Positions 52,101-64,000 of a stretch of 64,000 nucleotides of DNA are shown here, piece after piece; position 1 is the stretch's first letter; each line of letters opens with the position of its first letter. Below the pieces are notes generated by a model that was given only the letters and a program-made list of their open reading frames with translations, ran no database searches and was not told the DNA's origin. Source of the stretch: Owenia fusiformis. Its lineage: Eukaryota. The stretch lies in assembly GCA_903813345.2 (NCBI GenBank), contig CAIIXF020000001.1, positions 12,896,001 through 12,960,000 on the forward strand, read 5' to 3'. Made by a program: the position numbers and the translations under genes.

Positions 52101-55100
52101 ATCTTGAAAATATCTTCTTCAGCTCCTTTATCTCTTAGCATCAGCACAAAATATTAGGGTTATCAAAAGATTATGTTTTTTTCCTTAGGCATCAATATAT
52201 AAAATTTGAACCAACTCCGTCAATTGGCATTTGAGTTATCAAAGATTACATTCTTTTACGAAAAATTTGGTGGGATAAATATTTATCATAATAAAGGCGC
52301 AACCAATGATAGAGTGCAAATAAACCCCTTCTTTATATTACATCTTTTTCATTTCCTACAATTCAATAATGGTGTATCATCATGACTTAGAATCAGCATT
52401 TAACATACAGTGAAACCTGTAAGTGGAACATCTCTAAAAGTGGAACACCTCCACTCACAGGTTTAACTGTATATGTATAAGCATACCAGTTGTTGATGGT
52501 AGACTGCATCAAACAGTTGTAGGAACACCTAATTCATCACTTTTAGTCAGAGAGTTGGGTAATTATTAAGATTTATCACCCATAATGATTTAATACAGAT
52601 TAAAACTACTGATCGAGAACAATGGTTGTCAGAAGAAATAAATTTATTGCACATATTGAATTTGAATATGCTAATCTATAGTACAGAATGTCAAAGTGAC
52701 ATACTTAGCAGTTTTCGGTCTGTCGCAATATATTGATGACAGACCTCAGGCATATATTCAATGATAGGGACATAATTGTTGTATTACATACCTTTATTTC
52801 CATGGCTACATTATATCAATGACGTCACACGTCTGTGTGCGAGTGAAATTTGGAAGAAATGAAACATGATGTTTGGCGGCTATACAAGAATATACAAGAC
52901 ATTAACATGACAAAATGTCACCACCTAAAACAATTTGGTCAATTTAAAGCAAGTTGGAAAATACCTTTTGACCTTAAGAAGGTTTGATTTGAACGTCAAT
53001 TTGAAGCAAGTTGAAAAAATACCTCTTTGACTTTTTCTGACATTGAGAAGGTCATTGAAGGTCAAATGTCAACAGATTTGAACTTCTGAGAACATGTAGA
53101 TGATTTTGAAAAAAAATTAAGTAAATTTGAAGCAAGTTGAAAAAAGACCTTTTTGACCTTGAAAAGGTCATTGAAGGTCAAATGTCAAATCTAAAGTCAG
53201 ATTTGAACTTCTGAGAACATGTAGATGATTTTGAAAAAAAAAAGTCAATTTGAAGCAAGTTGAAAAAAGACCTTTTTGACCTTGAGAAGGTCATTGAAGG
53301 TCAAAGGTCAAATCTAAAGTCAGATTTGAACTTCTGAGAACTTGTAAAAGTCAAATTTGAACTTCTGAAAAGATGTAGATGATTTTGAAAAAAAAATTTG
53401 GTCAATTTGAAGCAAGTTGAAAACAGACCTTTTTGACCTTTTTTGACCTTGAGAAGGTCATTGAAGGTCAAATCTAAAGTCAGATTTGAATTTCTGAGAA
53501 CATGTAGATGATTTTGAAAAAAAATTTTAGTCAATTTGAAGCAAAGTTGAAAAAAGACCTTTTTGACCTTTTTTGACTTTGAGAAGGTCATTGAAGGTCA
53601 AATGTCAAATCTTAAGTCAAATCTAAAGTCAGATTTGAATTTCTGAGAACACGTAGATGATTTTGAAAAAAAAATTTAGTCAATTTGAAGCAAGTTGAAA
53701 ACAGACCTTTTTGACCTTTTTTGACCTTGAGAAGGTCATTGAAGGTCAAATGTCAAATCTAAAGTCAGATTTGAAGGTCAAATGTCAAATCTAAAGTCAG
53801 ATTTGAATTTCTGAGAATATGTAGATGATTTTGAAAAAAAATTTAGTCAATGTGAAGCAAGTTGAAAAAAGACCTTTTTGACCTTGAGAAGGTCATTGAA
53901 GGTCAAATGTCAAATCTAAAGTCAGATTTGAACTTCTGAGAACATGTAGATGATTTAGAAAAAAATTGAAGTCAGTCTAAACAGTATTTGTTAAGTTATA
54001 GGAAGTTGTAAGAAATTGTTACAGACGCCAACCGCCGAGCCGTCGCAAAAAAACGGAGACCATAACAATATGTCACCACTTTTGGTGGTGACATAATAGC
54101 CGACCTTCAGCTCCATTGAATTCATTACAAATGCTTCGATAGGTATGTAATACAGTACATTATTATATGATTGCTAGAAATCATGTGATTTGATTGGCTG
54201 ATTCAGTACAATGTGATCAAAAATATCATAGCATATTTCACAGCTCCCTCCATTATTGGATTATAAAAGATGTATTGCCCGGCAGCATGTATTTACCTTG
54301 CCCTACAGGCTGCGACTAATACATACTGCAAAAATCATCAGAAGAACAGGTATTGCCCACCATAGAATGAAATATTTGATCAATATTTTAGTTGGTGGCA
54401 CTAACTAAGAATGGATGCATGACACACTGTAAACTTGATATGGTACTCACTTAATGGTGCATTTATATGGTCTATTGATGCAATGATATGGTACTCACTT
54501 AATGGTGCATTTATATGATCTATTGATGCAATGATATGGAAACCCTGAATCTGGGCCAGTAGACTGAGAACTGCCTGCACTTTTTCAGCACGCAACATAG
54601 CACCATCAATATTGTGTACTATTAAATAGAGGTCTTCGTGATCTGAAAGTAAAGCATATATTTCTACAATAAATACAGTAATTGAGAGAATGCAAACTGA
54701 CAACTACAAATCATCGATAAACAATGCATAATAATCTGTAGAACAGGGTGATCCGAAAAAAGCAGAACCCTATTATAACCCTTTATTCAAAGCTTTGTGG
54801 GTTCAGTTTTTTTGGACCATCCTGTACTAAGATGAAATTCGAACAAAATTGATTTTTAACAACATCATTTCAAAATTGTCTCTTTTGTCACCCAGTTTTA
54901 TGTACTATGGACTTGTGGTTTATTATTATGGAATATGTGTGAGATTTACCTCCAGTTTCAAAGTGGTCTTTTATAAATTCATACTGATCCATTGGGCTTC
55001 GAAAGTTTCCTCTGTGATCCAAAATATCTTCAGTAATGCTGTTTAAAATCTGTAACAATGAACATATAAGGATTCATGAGCAGACCTTCATTCTTGTGGT

Positions 55101-58100
55101 TTTGCCCATGTTGAAAAAATAACACATCTCCTTGAAAAGTGGGTGTCATAAAAGTGAATGTGGATCTATTAAAAGGTAATATACGTTATTAATTTATACA
55201 TGTACAGTATATGTACTTTTAATACAACAGACTCTAAATCGCATCCATTTGTGGGTTCTTACTGATAAAAAGTATGATTTCTAATGAGATCCAGCAATGT
55301 TAATTTTCATGGGCTCGATGATATTGTGCAATTCTAAGGAATATTAAGGAATTCTTAATGTGTATTCTGGACTTACATGTTTCAAAGTGAGACTAGGAAA
55401 GTACCCATTGACAACCAGATGAGAGAATCCCTTGAGAAGGGTAGTCCTGAGTTCCTCTATTAGAGATCGCTTTGAGCCTACTCCATATAGCAGGAGATTG
55501 TATCCATTGCTGGAAGAATTAAACATTCAACATTTGAAACTGAACAATCATGACGCAGCAGCTCGTCGTATACTAGAACATCTAGGCACTAGAACATTAA
55601 GAGTAAATACATAGCAGTAAATGAAATTTAGGATAAGGCCAAATATAAATTACATCTTGGAACTTTCATCTTGGAACTTTGAGTGAATGCACTACTGTTA
55701 TCACTGATCTTTCGGAAGAATCAACAAAATCATAAATGTTAGTGTCATAAGTTAATCAGCTTCATGACAGGGGCAGTTTGAGATGAAATATTACACTCCA
55801 AATAATTCTTAAATCACTGTTTTGGTAGGAAATCAACTTCCAGGAAATAAAACTACGAAAGAAAATTTTGAATATCTTTCATTTACTAACATGATTTTGA
55901 CCAAATAAAGTTAGATTCAGCCAGAGGTTAGATCTTAATCTATTTTCAATACATTTACTCAAAGTTGTGCTTTGAAGTCTACATTGATTCAAGTGCATCC
56001 AGGGGACGGATTGAGTCCACTTCAACTGGAAACTCAGGTTCCTCCCCATTATGGCACAGTGTTATTGACAACCCATTAAATATTTCCAATAGATCAGGTA
56101 TTAAATGTCTTACCACATCTGAAGCATCCATTTGTTGAACAAACTGGTGTGTTCACGATGTAATTCCTCTCTCTGAGATTTATGTGATGCTGTGACACCA
56201 CTCAGTGCATCCTGCAAGGCTGCCTGGTCCATTCTGGGTGTGTCAAGCTTAGACAGAGTGCGGTCTGACGTAACAGCTGCAACATTTTGGGCGATGAAGT
56301 AATCTTCAACCATGGTTGTCTAAAATCATCAGAAATGACTTAGAATTATCCAAAAGAAAAAAATAAGGCTAAAACCTGAGTGTACAAAATAATGAGTTAA
56401 TCTACCTACATGCTCAGTCAAAAATTATGAACTTAGTGTGTTATATTAAATAACAAGGCCTTAACATGCAAAATATCACCACCTGCCATTATTTACAGAC
56501 ACTGACCACCAAACACTGTTACAGACGCCAAATGCTGTTACAGGCAAAGAATGCCAAACACCAACCACTGAACAGGATCCACAAGAGTTGGAGACTATAA
56601 CAATATGTCACCACCTCTGGTGTTGAGATAAAAATGAATTGATACATTTTCACTATAAAAAATAAGATATCTCACCAGATCTTCTCCCTTTGACTTTCTA
56701 CTGATGCGTTTTGCAAGTTCTTGTTTCACAGATATAGATACAGAACTGGTGCTGCTTGCAACACTCTCAGAGTCACTGTCACTGGCAATGCTTTCATCTG
56801 ATGAATCAGCATCTAATAATGTACAAAGGAAATACAGTCATTATCTACTAATGTACAAAGGAAGTACAATCATTATGTAATGATTGTACAAAGAAAGCAG
56901 AACCACTATCTCATATAATATACAAATGAAATACAGTCATCATCTACTAATGTACAAAGGAAGTACAATCATTATGTAATGATTGTACAAAGAAAGCAGA
57001 ACCACTATCTCATATAATATACAAAGGAAATACAGTCATCATCTACTAATGTACAAAGGAAGTACAATCATTATGTAATGACGATGGAATAATTATTCAC
57101 GGACATTAAAACACACCACTCAAGAATAAAAGTTGAATTAATTCAATTAATTTATGTTACTGATGCTTTGGTTATACAAGGCATTGGCAAACGAAATGTC
57201 ACTACCTGCAATTTGTTACAGACGCCGTAAATTGTTACAGAGGCTATGTTACGGATGCCAAACACCATCCACAAAAAAAGTTAGAGACAATAACAATATA
57301 TCATCACTTCTGGTGATGACATATTAAATCAATTATTGAACAGTAAATGAAGGATTCCTAAATTTCATTAAAATGGTCTTAATGAAGATAGTTTTGGTTA
57401 CTTTTAAATCAATCAATAATCAATAACACACCTAATTTTACACAAAATATTTCAGGTCATACTGACTCATATATATAACATGATACAGGGATCAATGCAC
57501 ACATTCCAACTTGGTATTATAGCATATTCATCCCGCACATTGTTACCTATATAACCTATTTATAAAAAATATGGATGGCCAATATATTATGGTGTCTTCA
57601 GTTTGGCAGAGGAGGGCAGGTTTTATTGGAAACATTGATTTTATTCACTTCGCTTTAAGCGCACATGGAAGACCTGTTCAGTAACACTGTCAATAATACT
57701 TGGTAATATTTCACATTGAGATCCATTCACATTAAAAATTCAAGAATTTCCAATATCAAATGGGAGGGGGGATTATCTGGGATTCTAAAGGTTTACTGAA
57801 TAAATAACAAATCTTCATTTGGGTTTCAGCCTCACTTTAAAATACAGAGGGAATGCCATGGGGGAAACAATACTTACTTGTTTCATTGCGCTTACGGAGT
57901 CTGTAGGGTGTTGTAGCCTCAATGGGCCTGTTCTGTCTGTCTTTGCCAGTTTTCTTCTTTGGCATGGGAGTTCCCTGACCTTTTGCTGAAATAATACAGT
58001 GATAACGTATGGCATATCTCTGACATTGCATTCATATATTACAAGCGAGAAAACATTTTATTCCAAAAATTTTTTTAATTAAAAAATCACTGGATTTGAG

Positions 58101-61100
58101 TTTCACTTACGGTGCCCTGGAAAATTTGAATTTTAATGCATTTTAAAATATGACAAAGAAGAGATTACAGGATATAGCTGGCTATCCCTAGACAAATTCA
58201 TTTGCATGTGATCTGAGAATTTTCAATAACATGTACTTTTGATAAGTCAAGTATACTCATTCTCAGACTACATGAAAGATCCTTCATCCTGAGACTGCCA
58301 AGAATGCAACATTTTGTCGTGAAAAAAGGTACTGTTTTGACCAATTTGGCTCATATTGAATGAGATCCAGGCAGATAGATTTATAAATCAAATTTAATAC
58401 ATCAACCATAAATCGTAGTCATTTTAATGTTGCAATTAAAACCACCTGTCTCTTTAATCAGAACTTCATGTTCAAAATTCAATTCACAGCAACAAAGGCA
58501 TACCTGAGGCAAATTCAGAAGAGTGTTATTAAAAGTTATGCTCATTTATCAAACCAGAAGCAGATTGTTAAACCAGAACCACAACATTGTGTGTCAATAT
58601 TCTGTGTTTCTGATTTCAGTCGTAGTTAAATGCTCTAGATATTTTAATTACCAATAAACAAGTTAATCTAGTTATGGTTTGACCCCCTCTCCTCATCTAA
58701 CGGAATTTTAAAATATTGATGTCACATGTTGTCATGGCACTATACTTTACCTTTTCCTTTACTAGGAGTATTTCGAGATGCAGGGGTGGTTGCCTTGGTA
58801 GCAGCTAGGGCTGAAGAACAAAATACAAAAAATATAAACATCCATGATAACAATTGAATGGAGGCAAAAGATTAAGATTTAACAAAAAAGATTTTGTTTT
58901 TGTACTTCAAATTCAGTAGCATGTATATTTTTCATATTTTTGAAAATTCATCAAAAAGTCATTATAATCTGCATATGTATTCTCAATCAATAAATTTCAA
59001 AATTTCAGTGTAGATTAACATATACCAGTTGGCTCACCTCATATGTAACAATAGATCAAAACCTGACCTTTAGTTAACCTTTCATAAATAATGATTGATG
59101 TCAAAATACAAGTTAAAAATCATGCATTGTAATGATTTAAATGGTCAAAAATTAGAGGAGTTATGGTGTTATACGTACTTTGAAATGATAGGGTTAGTAC
59201 AAACGAACAAACATTAAAATGAAAGATTTCAATAAAGATCAGATAAAGGTTACCCCTTCATTTGCATATCATCAGGATTAAATAAATTAAAAACAAATAG
59301 ATTATAATCTAATACACTAGGCCTATCACGATACAATATTCAGAATGATCCATGAAAAAGGAATCCTACGAACAGTTATGACGACTGCATTTTTCAGATC
59401 AGGAAAATTTAAACTTTTGCTATTGTTTATAGCAGTAACACTTAGTGTCTATTTCTTAGATACAAATGACGAACTAACTGCTAGTGTACAAACATATTCC
59501 ATAAAGGAACAGAATTCAATTGGTGGTGATGAGATAAAAAATGGAAAAAAAACAATTCAAGATGATGAAAATAACATTCCACTGTCTCATTATGAGGATA
59601 ACATTCAGAAAGAAAATTTCATTGAAGACAGGAATAATATCCTATTTGTTCATGATGAACTAAAAAGTGATGATGATAATGACGAAGCTATGAAAAGTGT
59701 TCATCAAATAAAGAATGATGACATTGATGATGAAAATGACTACGATGAAGATGAGAACAATGAAGATGACAATGATGAGAAATCCTTTTATAGGTCACAA
59801 CATGAAAATGATATAAAACAAACATTTAAGTTCAAAGGAATTTTAGAAAAAAGACTTCCCAAGTTTATCATAATAGGAGTACACAAATGTGGAACGATGG
59901 CTTTAGCAACTTTTCTCTCCATCCATCCATATATGGTACGATCCAGAGCTCATGAGGTTCATTATTTTGATAATTTCACACGACAAGCAATGGGTTTAAA
60001 TTACTATCTTAACCAAATGCCTTACACCTACCCCAGTCAGATACCATTTGAAAAAACTCCAGCATATTTTGATTTCGGAAATATCAAAGCAATATATGAA
60101 ATGAATAAAAACATTAAACTTGGAGTTATCGCATGCAACCCAATAAAACGGGTTATGTCACACCATCTCAATAAGTTGAAAGCTAAAGAACGATTAAATA
60201 AACAATTTAATGGAACATATGAAAGTTGCGTCATGAATGGGGACAAACTGAACACAGATTGTATTTACATAACCAGGGGATTGTATATTGAGCACTTAAC
60301 AAGATATATGGAATATTTTCCCAGAGAAAATTTCTTTATCATAAAGAGTGAAGATTTGAGATATACTCCAGTTGCTGTCCTGCAAAAGTTTGAAAAATTC
60401 ATGAACATTCCAAAATTTTTCAACAATGATACTCTCTATTACAACAATACTATGAACCAGTTCTGTATCAATAAGCCTTACTGGAAAAATCCATATATGG
60501 AACTGAATAGAGGATGCTTTCCTGAACACAAAAATAGAGTTCACCCACAAGTCAGAGAGGGAATACCTGAACTGCTACTGGAATATTATAAGCCATATAA
60601 TGAAAAATTTGCTGAAATTGCTGGACTTGGTAAATTAGATTGGGGTCTTTAAAAGTAGAAGCAACCTCGAGGTGTTGTCATCAGCCCCTAGTTACAGCAT
60701 CAGGGTAAAGTGAAAAAACTTAACTTCAATAAAGCTCAGTTCTATGAACAGAATTTGAACATCAAGTACATTTTAGCATTTAGAATGTGTTCAGAGACTT
60801 TTATTCCATTAATGTGATATTCATAGGATATCAAGTCAAAATAAAAACAGTTTTTTAGTAAAACAAAATTATATTTTTGGCAAATCTTTACTTAACCATA
60901 AATTAAGGGTTTTAAACCATGAGATGCAGTGCAATATGCAATGGTTCACCGATTTTTGCTACTTGATGAAACCATGGGCTTTCAACTAGAATTGAAAGCC
61001 CATGATGAAATGCGGCTGGTAGTGAAAATGTAAAAAAGTTTGATTTGAATCATTTTTATTATGGAACAAAAGGAACATCCTATGTTATCTACTCATGGAT

Positions 61101-63539
61101 ATTAATATTGGCATTCTAGCATTCTTGTGCAGATGTCCATATCCAAATTAAAATCATCACTCATAAATCATAGGATATTCTATATGTATAATGTATATTT
61201 AACTTTTATATTACATTGTTCTCCACAGAATTTTTTCTCAAGTTGGTGCAAATTCTCATTTTCACAATTCAGACCAAAATCGGTCAAAATATGCAAATTT
61301 AACATGATTTTTCTCATTTTCAAGTGGGTATAAATTAGGGGTCACACGGTTTGAGATTTCACGGTTCGGTTCGGTTATTGTATTTCACAGTTCGGTTCGG
61401 TTCTGATTGCGGTTCTCACGGGCCTCGTGAAATGAGCAAAAATATATGAAATTGATCCGAAAATCAGAAAACATACTAAGTGTGTCACAGTGTTTTATTG
61501 TATTCAGTATTGTAAGTATCCAGTTTCACACAATGTTTGTTTGTTTGTTCAGTCTTTTTTCCCTCCCTCCCTCCCAAAATATCTGTGTGTTCACTGTGTT
61601 AATCTTCTTGTTTGATGTTCAAGTTTTTTCAACACATAAAATAACTTGTCAACTGTTGGCAAAATTAGCACAGTACTTCACTAAACTGAATAAATGTTTT
61701 CTTTAGAAATATAACTTAAGTTCAACACTTTGTCAGGACTCAACATGGATCAAAGGCGAAACTTAATACACAGAACGTGACTCGTTCGCAAATTCAATGC
61801 ATTCGGCGTTCGGCTTTTTACAGTATACTGTTCTATCAACCAATAGGATTGCGCGAAATGTTTAGCGTAGGTCACTTCCGGGTCAATATGCCGGTGAAAT
61901 TTATCAACATTTTCCTTTTGTTTTTGTTATCTGCCGTCTATATCAGAAGATCGTCGTAAATATCAGGTATGGTTCGCATTATTGCATGATGATTAACGAT
62001 TCCAGACGATGTTTAGTTAATTGGTATTACACGAAAGCTTGAAATGGAGTTTAATTCCGAGTTTACATTTTTATTTTTCTGAAGTGAAACTGAAAATGTC
62101 ACGGTTCTTCAAGAACCGCGGTTTTCAAGATTGTGTGCGAGCTAACCGTCGTGGAGGTATGAACCGCGGTAACCGCAAGCCACGGTTAACCGTGTGACCC
62201 CTAGTATAAATGGATTTTCAGGTGGGTGCAGAAGACTCACAAGATTGAACGGCATTTTCCCCACAATTTTGGAATGAAATACTTCCCTGGGATTTAATAT
62301 ACCAATGATGTTCACCAAAAGTATACGTACTATTAGAGAACTACTACTTAGATTGTATATATATTAAGCATTTGATCTTCTAATTTACCTGGCGTTTCAA
62401 ATTATAAATTACTATGGACATTATGCTTATTGACATGATTCACGTCAATTGACAGGCAAAATGGCAATCTCCTTGTCATACATCTAATGGGGTTATCCTC
62501 TCCACTGTTGTACAACAATATAAAACTGAACCATTTTTATGAAAGCACTCAAGGGTATTTTCTGAACTGGATTTAACATACAGTACCATCAACAAACATT
62601 CTTTATTTTTGTTCAGGAAAAATGACTGAAGGGTGGTTCTTATGAACTGACTGGTTTATAAATGCCATTTCATGTTCTTGAGAACTATTTATGATATACC
62701 ATGCATTTTAGAACTTTAAAGGAACATTCCTGGCCAAACCTTTTCTATCCTGATGTGATAGCTATAATCATATATATACTTTCCATATTTAGCAAAACAC
62801 CAGGAAATGTTTAATATAGTCAATATTGATAATTTAAAAATGTAGTGCTCATTTCCAGTAAGCTGCCATCTTTTAAGATTTTACTCAGGAAGTGATGTCA
62901 TCGACTTTCAACTTCCATGACCTTGCATATAACAGTATAGGGAAGTAGCACAAAATCACTTCTAGACAAGTGGTTCTTACTTTAAGTGCAAAAATATTTT
63001 CAGAGTTTGTCAGCTTAGAATAATAGAAGAGACTTATAGAAGGATTAAATCATAGACAAAATTGAAAAAGAATGCACAGCTGGTTTTTGTAATTCTTAAT
63101 AGCTCCTTATAATGTTATGCAAAGTTGAGAGTCGATGACATCACTTCCTGTGTGAAATACTAAAAGATGGCAGCCTACTGGAATTCAGCACTACATTTTC
63201 AAGTGATCAATATTGACTATATTAAAACATTTTTCCCTGTTTTGCTAAATATGGAAAGTATATATATGGTTATAGCTACCATATTAGGAGAGAAATGGTC
63301 TGGCCAGGAATGTTCCTTTAAATTATTCCCCAGTTATTATTTACAATACAATATATATATATCTTACATATTATCCAAAACAAGATGTAACATGCAACCC
63401 AGTTTTGGTCTGAATCCTATACAAATTTTGAAATTGATTGAGGATGTGTTACCTTTCTCAGTCATAAGCCCAGATTTCTTTGGGGTGTGGAAAGTATAGA
63501 GGTCTCCACCTGCCAACCCTTCACTCTGCCCTGATAAAA
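49131..63539 (-). CDS. ORC2: Origin recognition complex subunit 2 (5'-partial)
   Basis: 11 GT-AG exons: 63453-63539, 58751-58810, 57878-57985, 56676-56812, 56114-56319, 55377-55509, 54950-55049, 54499-54642, 51589-51822, 49628-49746, 49131-49217 (stop); phases consistent. ORC2 motifs: [67 protein letters not shown]. The low-complexity 5' exons are less certain than the core. Confidence 0.92.
49880..50632 (-). mobile_element. 5'-truncated non-LTR retrotransposon (3' end of ORF2, RTE-X-like) in an ORC2 intron
   Basis: ORF 50208-50606 has KLRTY...[10 protein letters not shown]...RTC..C...[11 protein letters not shown] (C-terminal zinc knuckle); A-rich tail with AATAAA near 49881-49900; 12-bp TSD ACAGAACAGACT at 49868-49879 and 50633-50644. 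Clade is tentative. Confidence 0.85.
50655..51548. repeat. 20-bp minisatellite (CACCCACTTATGAAGACATG), about 44 copies
   Basis: Strict 20-bp period; starts just beyond the LINE TSD. Confidence 0.96.
52903..54096 (+). mobile_element. Helentron-associated (HINE/DINE-like) element carrying an internal tandem array of about 115-140 bp units
   Basis: 5' AACATGACAAAATGTCACCACC; 3' hairpin ATGTCACCAC-TTTTG-GTGGTGACAT; about 8 units containing TGACCTT/AAGGTCA between 52935 and 53975. Confidence 0.65.
56462..56630 (+). mobile_element. Short HINE-like element; relatives at about 6447-6580 (-), 18375-18507 (-) and 57185-57325 (+)
   Basis: Copies share the 5' TCACCACCTGCCAT motif, the GCCAAA/CAGAC core and the 3' ACAATATGTCACCAC hairpin region. 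Confidence 0.6.
56812..57082. repeat. About 30-bp subunit repeat organised in a roughly 100-bp higher-order duplication, abutting an ORC2 acceptor
   Basis: Repeated TCTACTAATGTACAAAGGAAGTACAATCATTATGTAATGA blocks. Confidence 0.8.
59345..60652 (+). CDS. Heparan sulfate glucosamine 3-O-sulfotransferase-like protein (type II membrane, single coding exon), 435 aa
   Basis: Open 435-aa ORF with an N-terminal hydrophobic anchor ([15 protein letters not shown]), a D/E/N-rich stem, then [16 protein letters not shown] (5'-PSB loop), [20 protein letters not shown] and RVHP, matching the HS3ST catalytic-domain layout. Confidence 0.88.
   Translation: MIHEKGILRTVMTTAFFRSGKFKLLLLFIAVTLSVYFLDTNDELTASVQTYSIKEQNSIGGDEIKNGKKTIQDDENNIPLSHYEDNIQKENFIEDRNNILFVHDELKSDDDNDEAMKSVHQIKNDDIDDENDYDEDENNEDDNDEKSFYRSQHENDIKQTFKFKGILEKRLPKFIIIGVHKCGTMALATFLSIHPYMVRSRAHEVHYFDNFTRQAMGLNYYLNQMPYTYPSQIPFEKTPAYFDFGNIKAIYEMNKNIKLGVIACNPIKRVMSHHLNKLKAKERLNKQFNGTYESCVMNGDKLNTDCIYITRGLYIEHLTRYMEYFPRENFFIIKSEDLRYTPVAVLQKFEKFMNIPKFFNNDTLYYNNTMNQFCINKPYWKNPYMELNRGCFPEHKNRVHPQVREGIPELLLEYYKPYNEKFAEIAGLGKLDWGL
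60973..61004. mobile_element. 32-bp palindromic transposon remnant (P-element-like footprint), copy 2, inverted
   Basis: Exact reverse complement of 24721-24752, flanked by ATGAAAC / ATGAAAT (6 of 7 match). Confidence 0.72.
61336..62203. mobile_element. hAT-superfamily non-autonomous element
   Basis: Perfect TIR TAGGGGTCACACGGTT / AACCGTGTGACCCCTA; exact 8-bp TSD GTATAAAT (61328-61335, 62204-62211); subterminal CGGTT/AACCG repeats; CpG retained. Confidence 0.92.
62720..63317. mobile_element. Long-TIR MITE, Kolobok-like (TTAA target)
   Basis: About 200-bp inverted arms starting AGGAACATTCCTGGCCA and ending TGGCCAGGAATGTTCCT; TTAA at 62716-62719 and 63318-63321. Confidence 0.85.
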
Positions 63540-64000
63540 CTGAAAGGCAAATACAATGTTAAAAACATAAATATATAAAATCTGAAAAGTAAACAAACAA
63601 ATATTGTCATGTCATGATTATAAACAAGAGCAACTTCCTAAAAAATTCTCACAATTTAGCAATTAAATAAATTATTTTTCTCATAATATTCTTTCATTTC
63701 CAATTGTTAATGCTTCTGATGATTTTTACAAGACAATTATTGGAATGAATTTGTACTCAAGGGGCGAGGAGGAAAATTCTCAATAAATGGTGTATAGTTG
63801 GTTTGGCAGCATTTTCAGTTAGGGGAGAGTCTTGGATGAAACTTCCACCTAGGTGATAGCTTCACAGAGTGGTAGGAAGTTCTTTTTTTTGAGGAGTTAG
63901 CCCCCCACCCCCCAAAAACACCCCACCCGGGGAAAAAAATTGTTCACAGTAAATAACCTTAGATATTTTGATGTTTGTAAGTGACATACATAGATATTAT

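Noticed and set aside
53301-53591. 96-aa minus-strand ORF
   Set aside because: Translation of the tandem array inside the HINE-like element.

Overview
AT-rich eukaryotic genomic DNA with spliced genes and dense repeats. It is probably from an invertebrate, possibly a mollusc or other lophotrochozoan; this is inferred from repeat style and gene content, not proven. Four protein-coding genes can be reconstructed by hand with consistent splice phases. (1) The 3' six exons of a large multi-C2H2 zinc-finger gene (+, 8618-20530). (2) A complete 21-exon kinesin-3 gene of the KIF28/KLP-6 type (-, 30991-45677, 987 aa); its first intron is a U12-type AT-AC intron and the protein ends in a CaaX box (CVLL). 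(3) ORC2 (-, 49131-63539, 5' end outside the window). (4) An intronless heparan-sulfate 3-O-sulfotransferase-like gene (+, 59345-60652) nested antisense in an ORC2 intron. The rest holds non-autonomous DNA transposons (Kolobok-like, hAT, Tc1/mariner, Helentron-associated), a 5'-truncated LINE with its target-site duplication (TSD), a tRNA-derived SINE-like element, several minisatellites and an orphan ZIP zinc-transporter exon. The most unusual non-genic signal is two identical 32-bp hairpins, each in its own 7-bp duplication, which resemble P-element-type excision footprints. All family assignments are from motif recognition; no searches were run.
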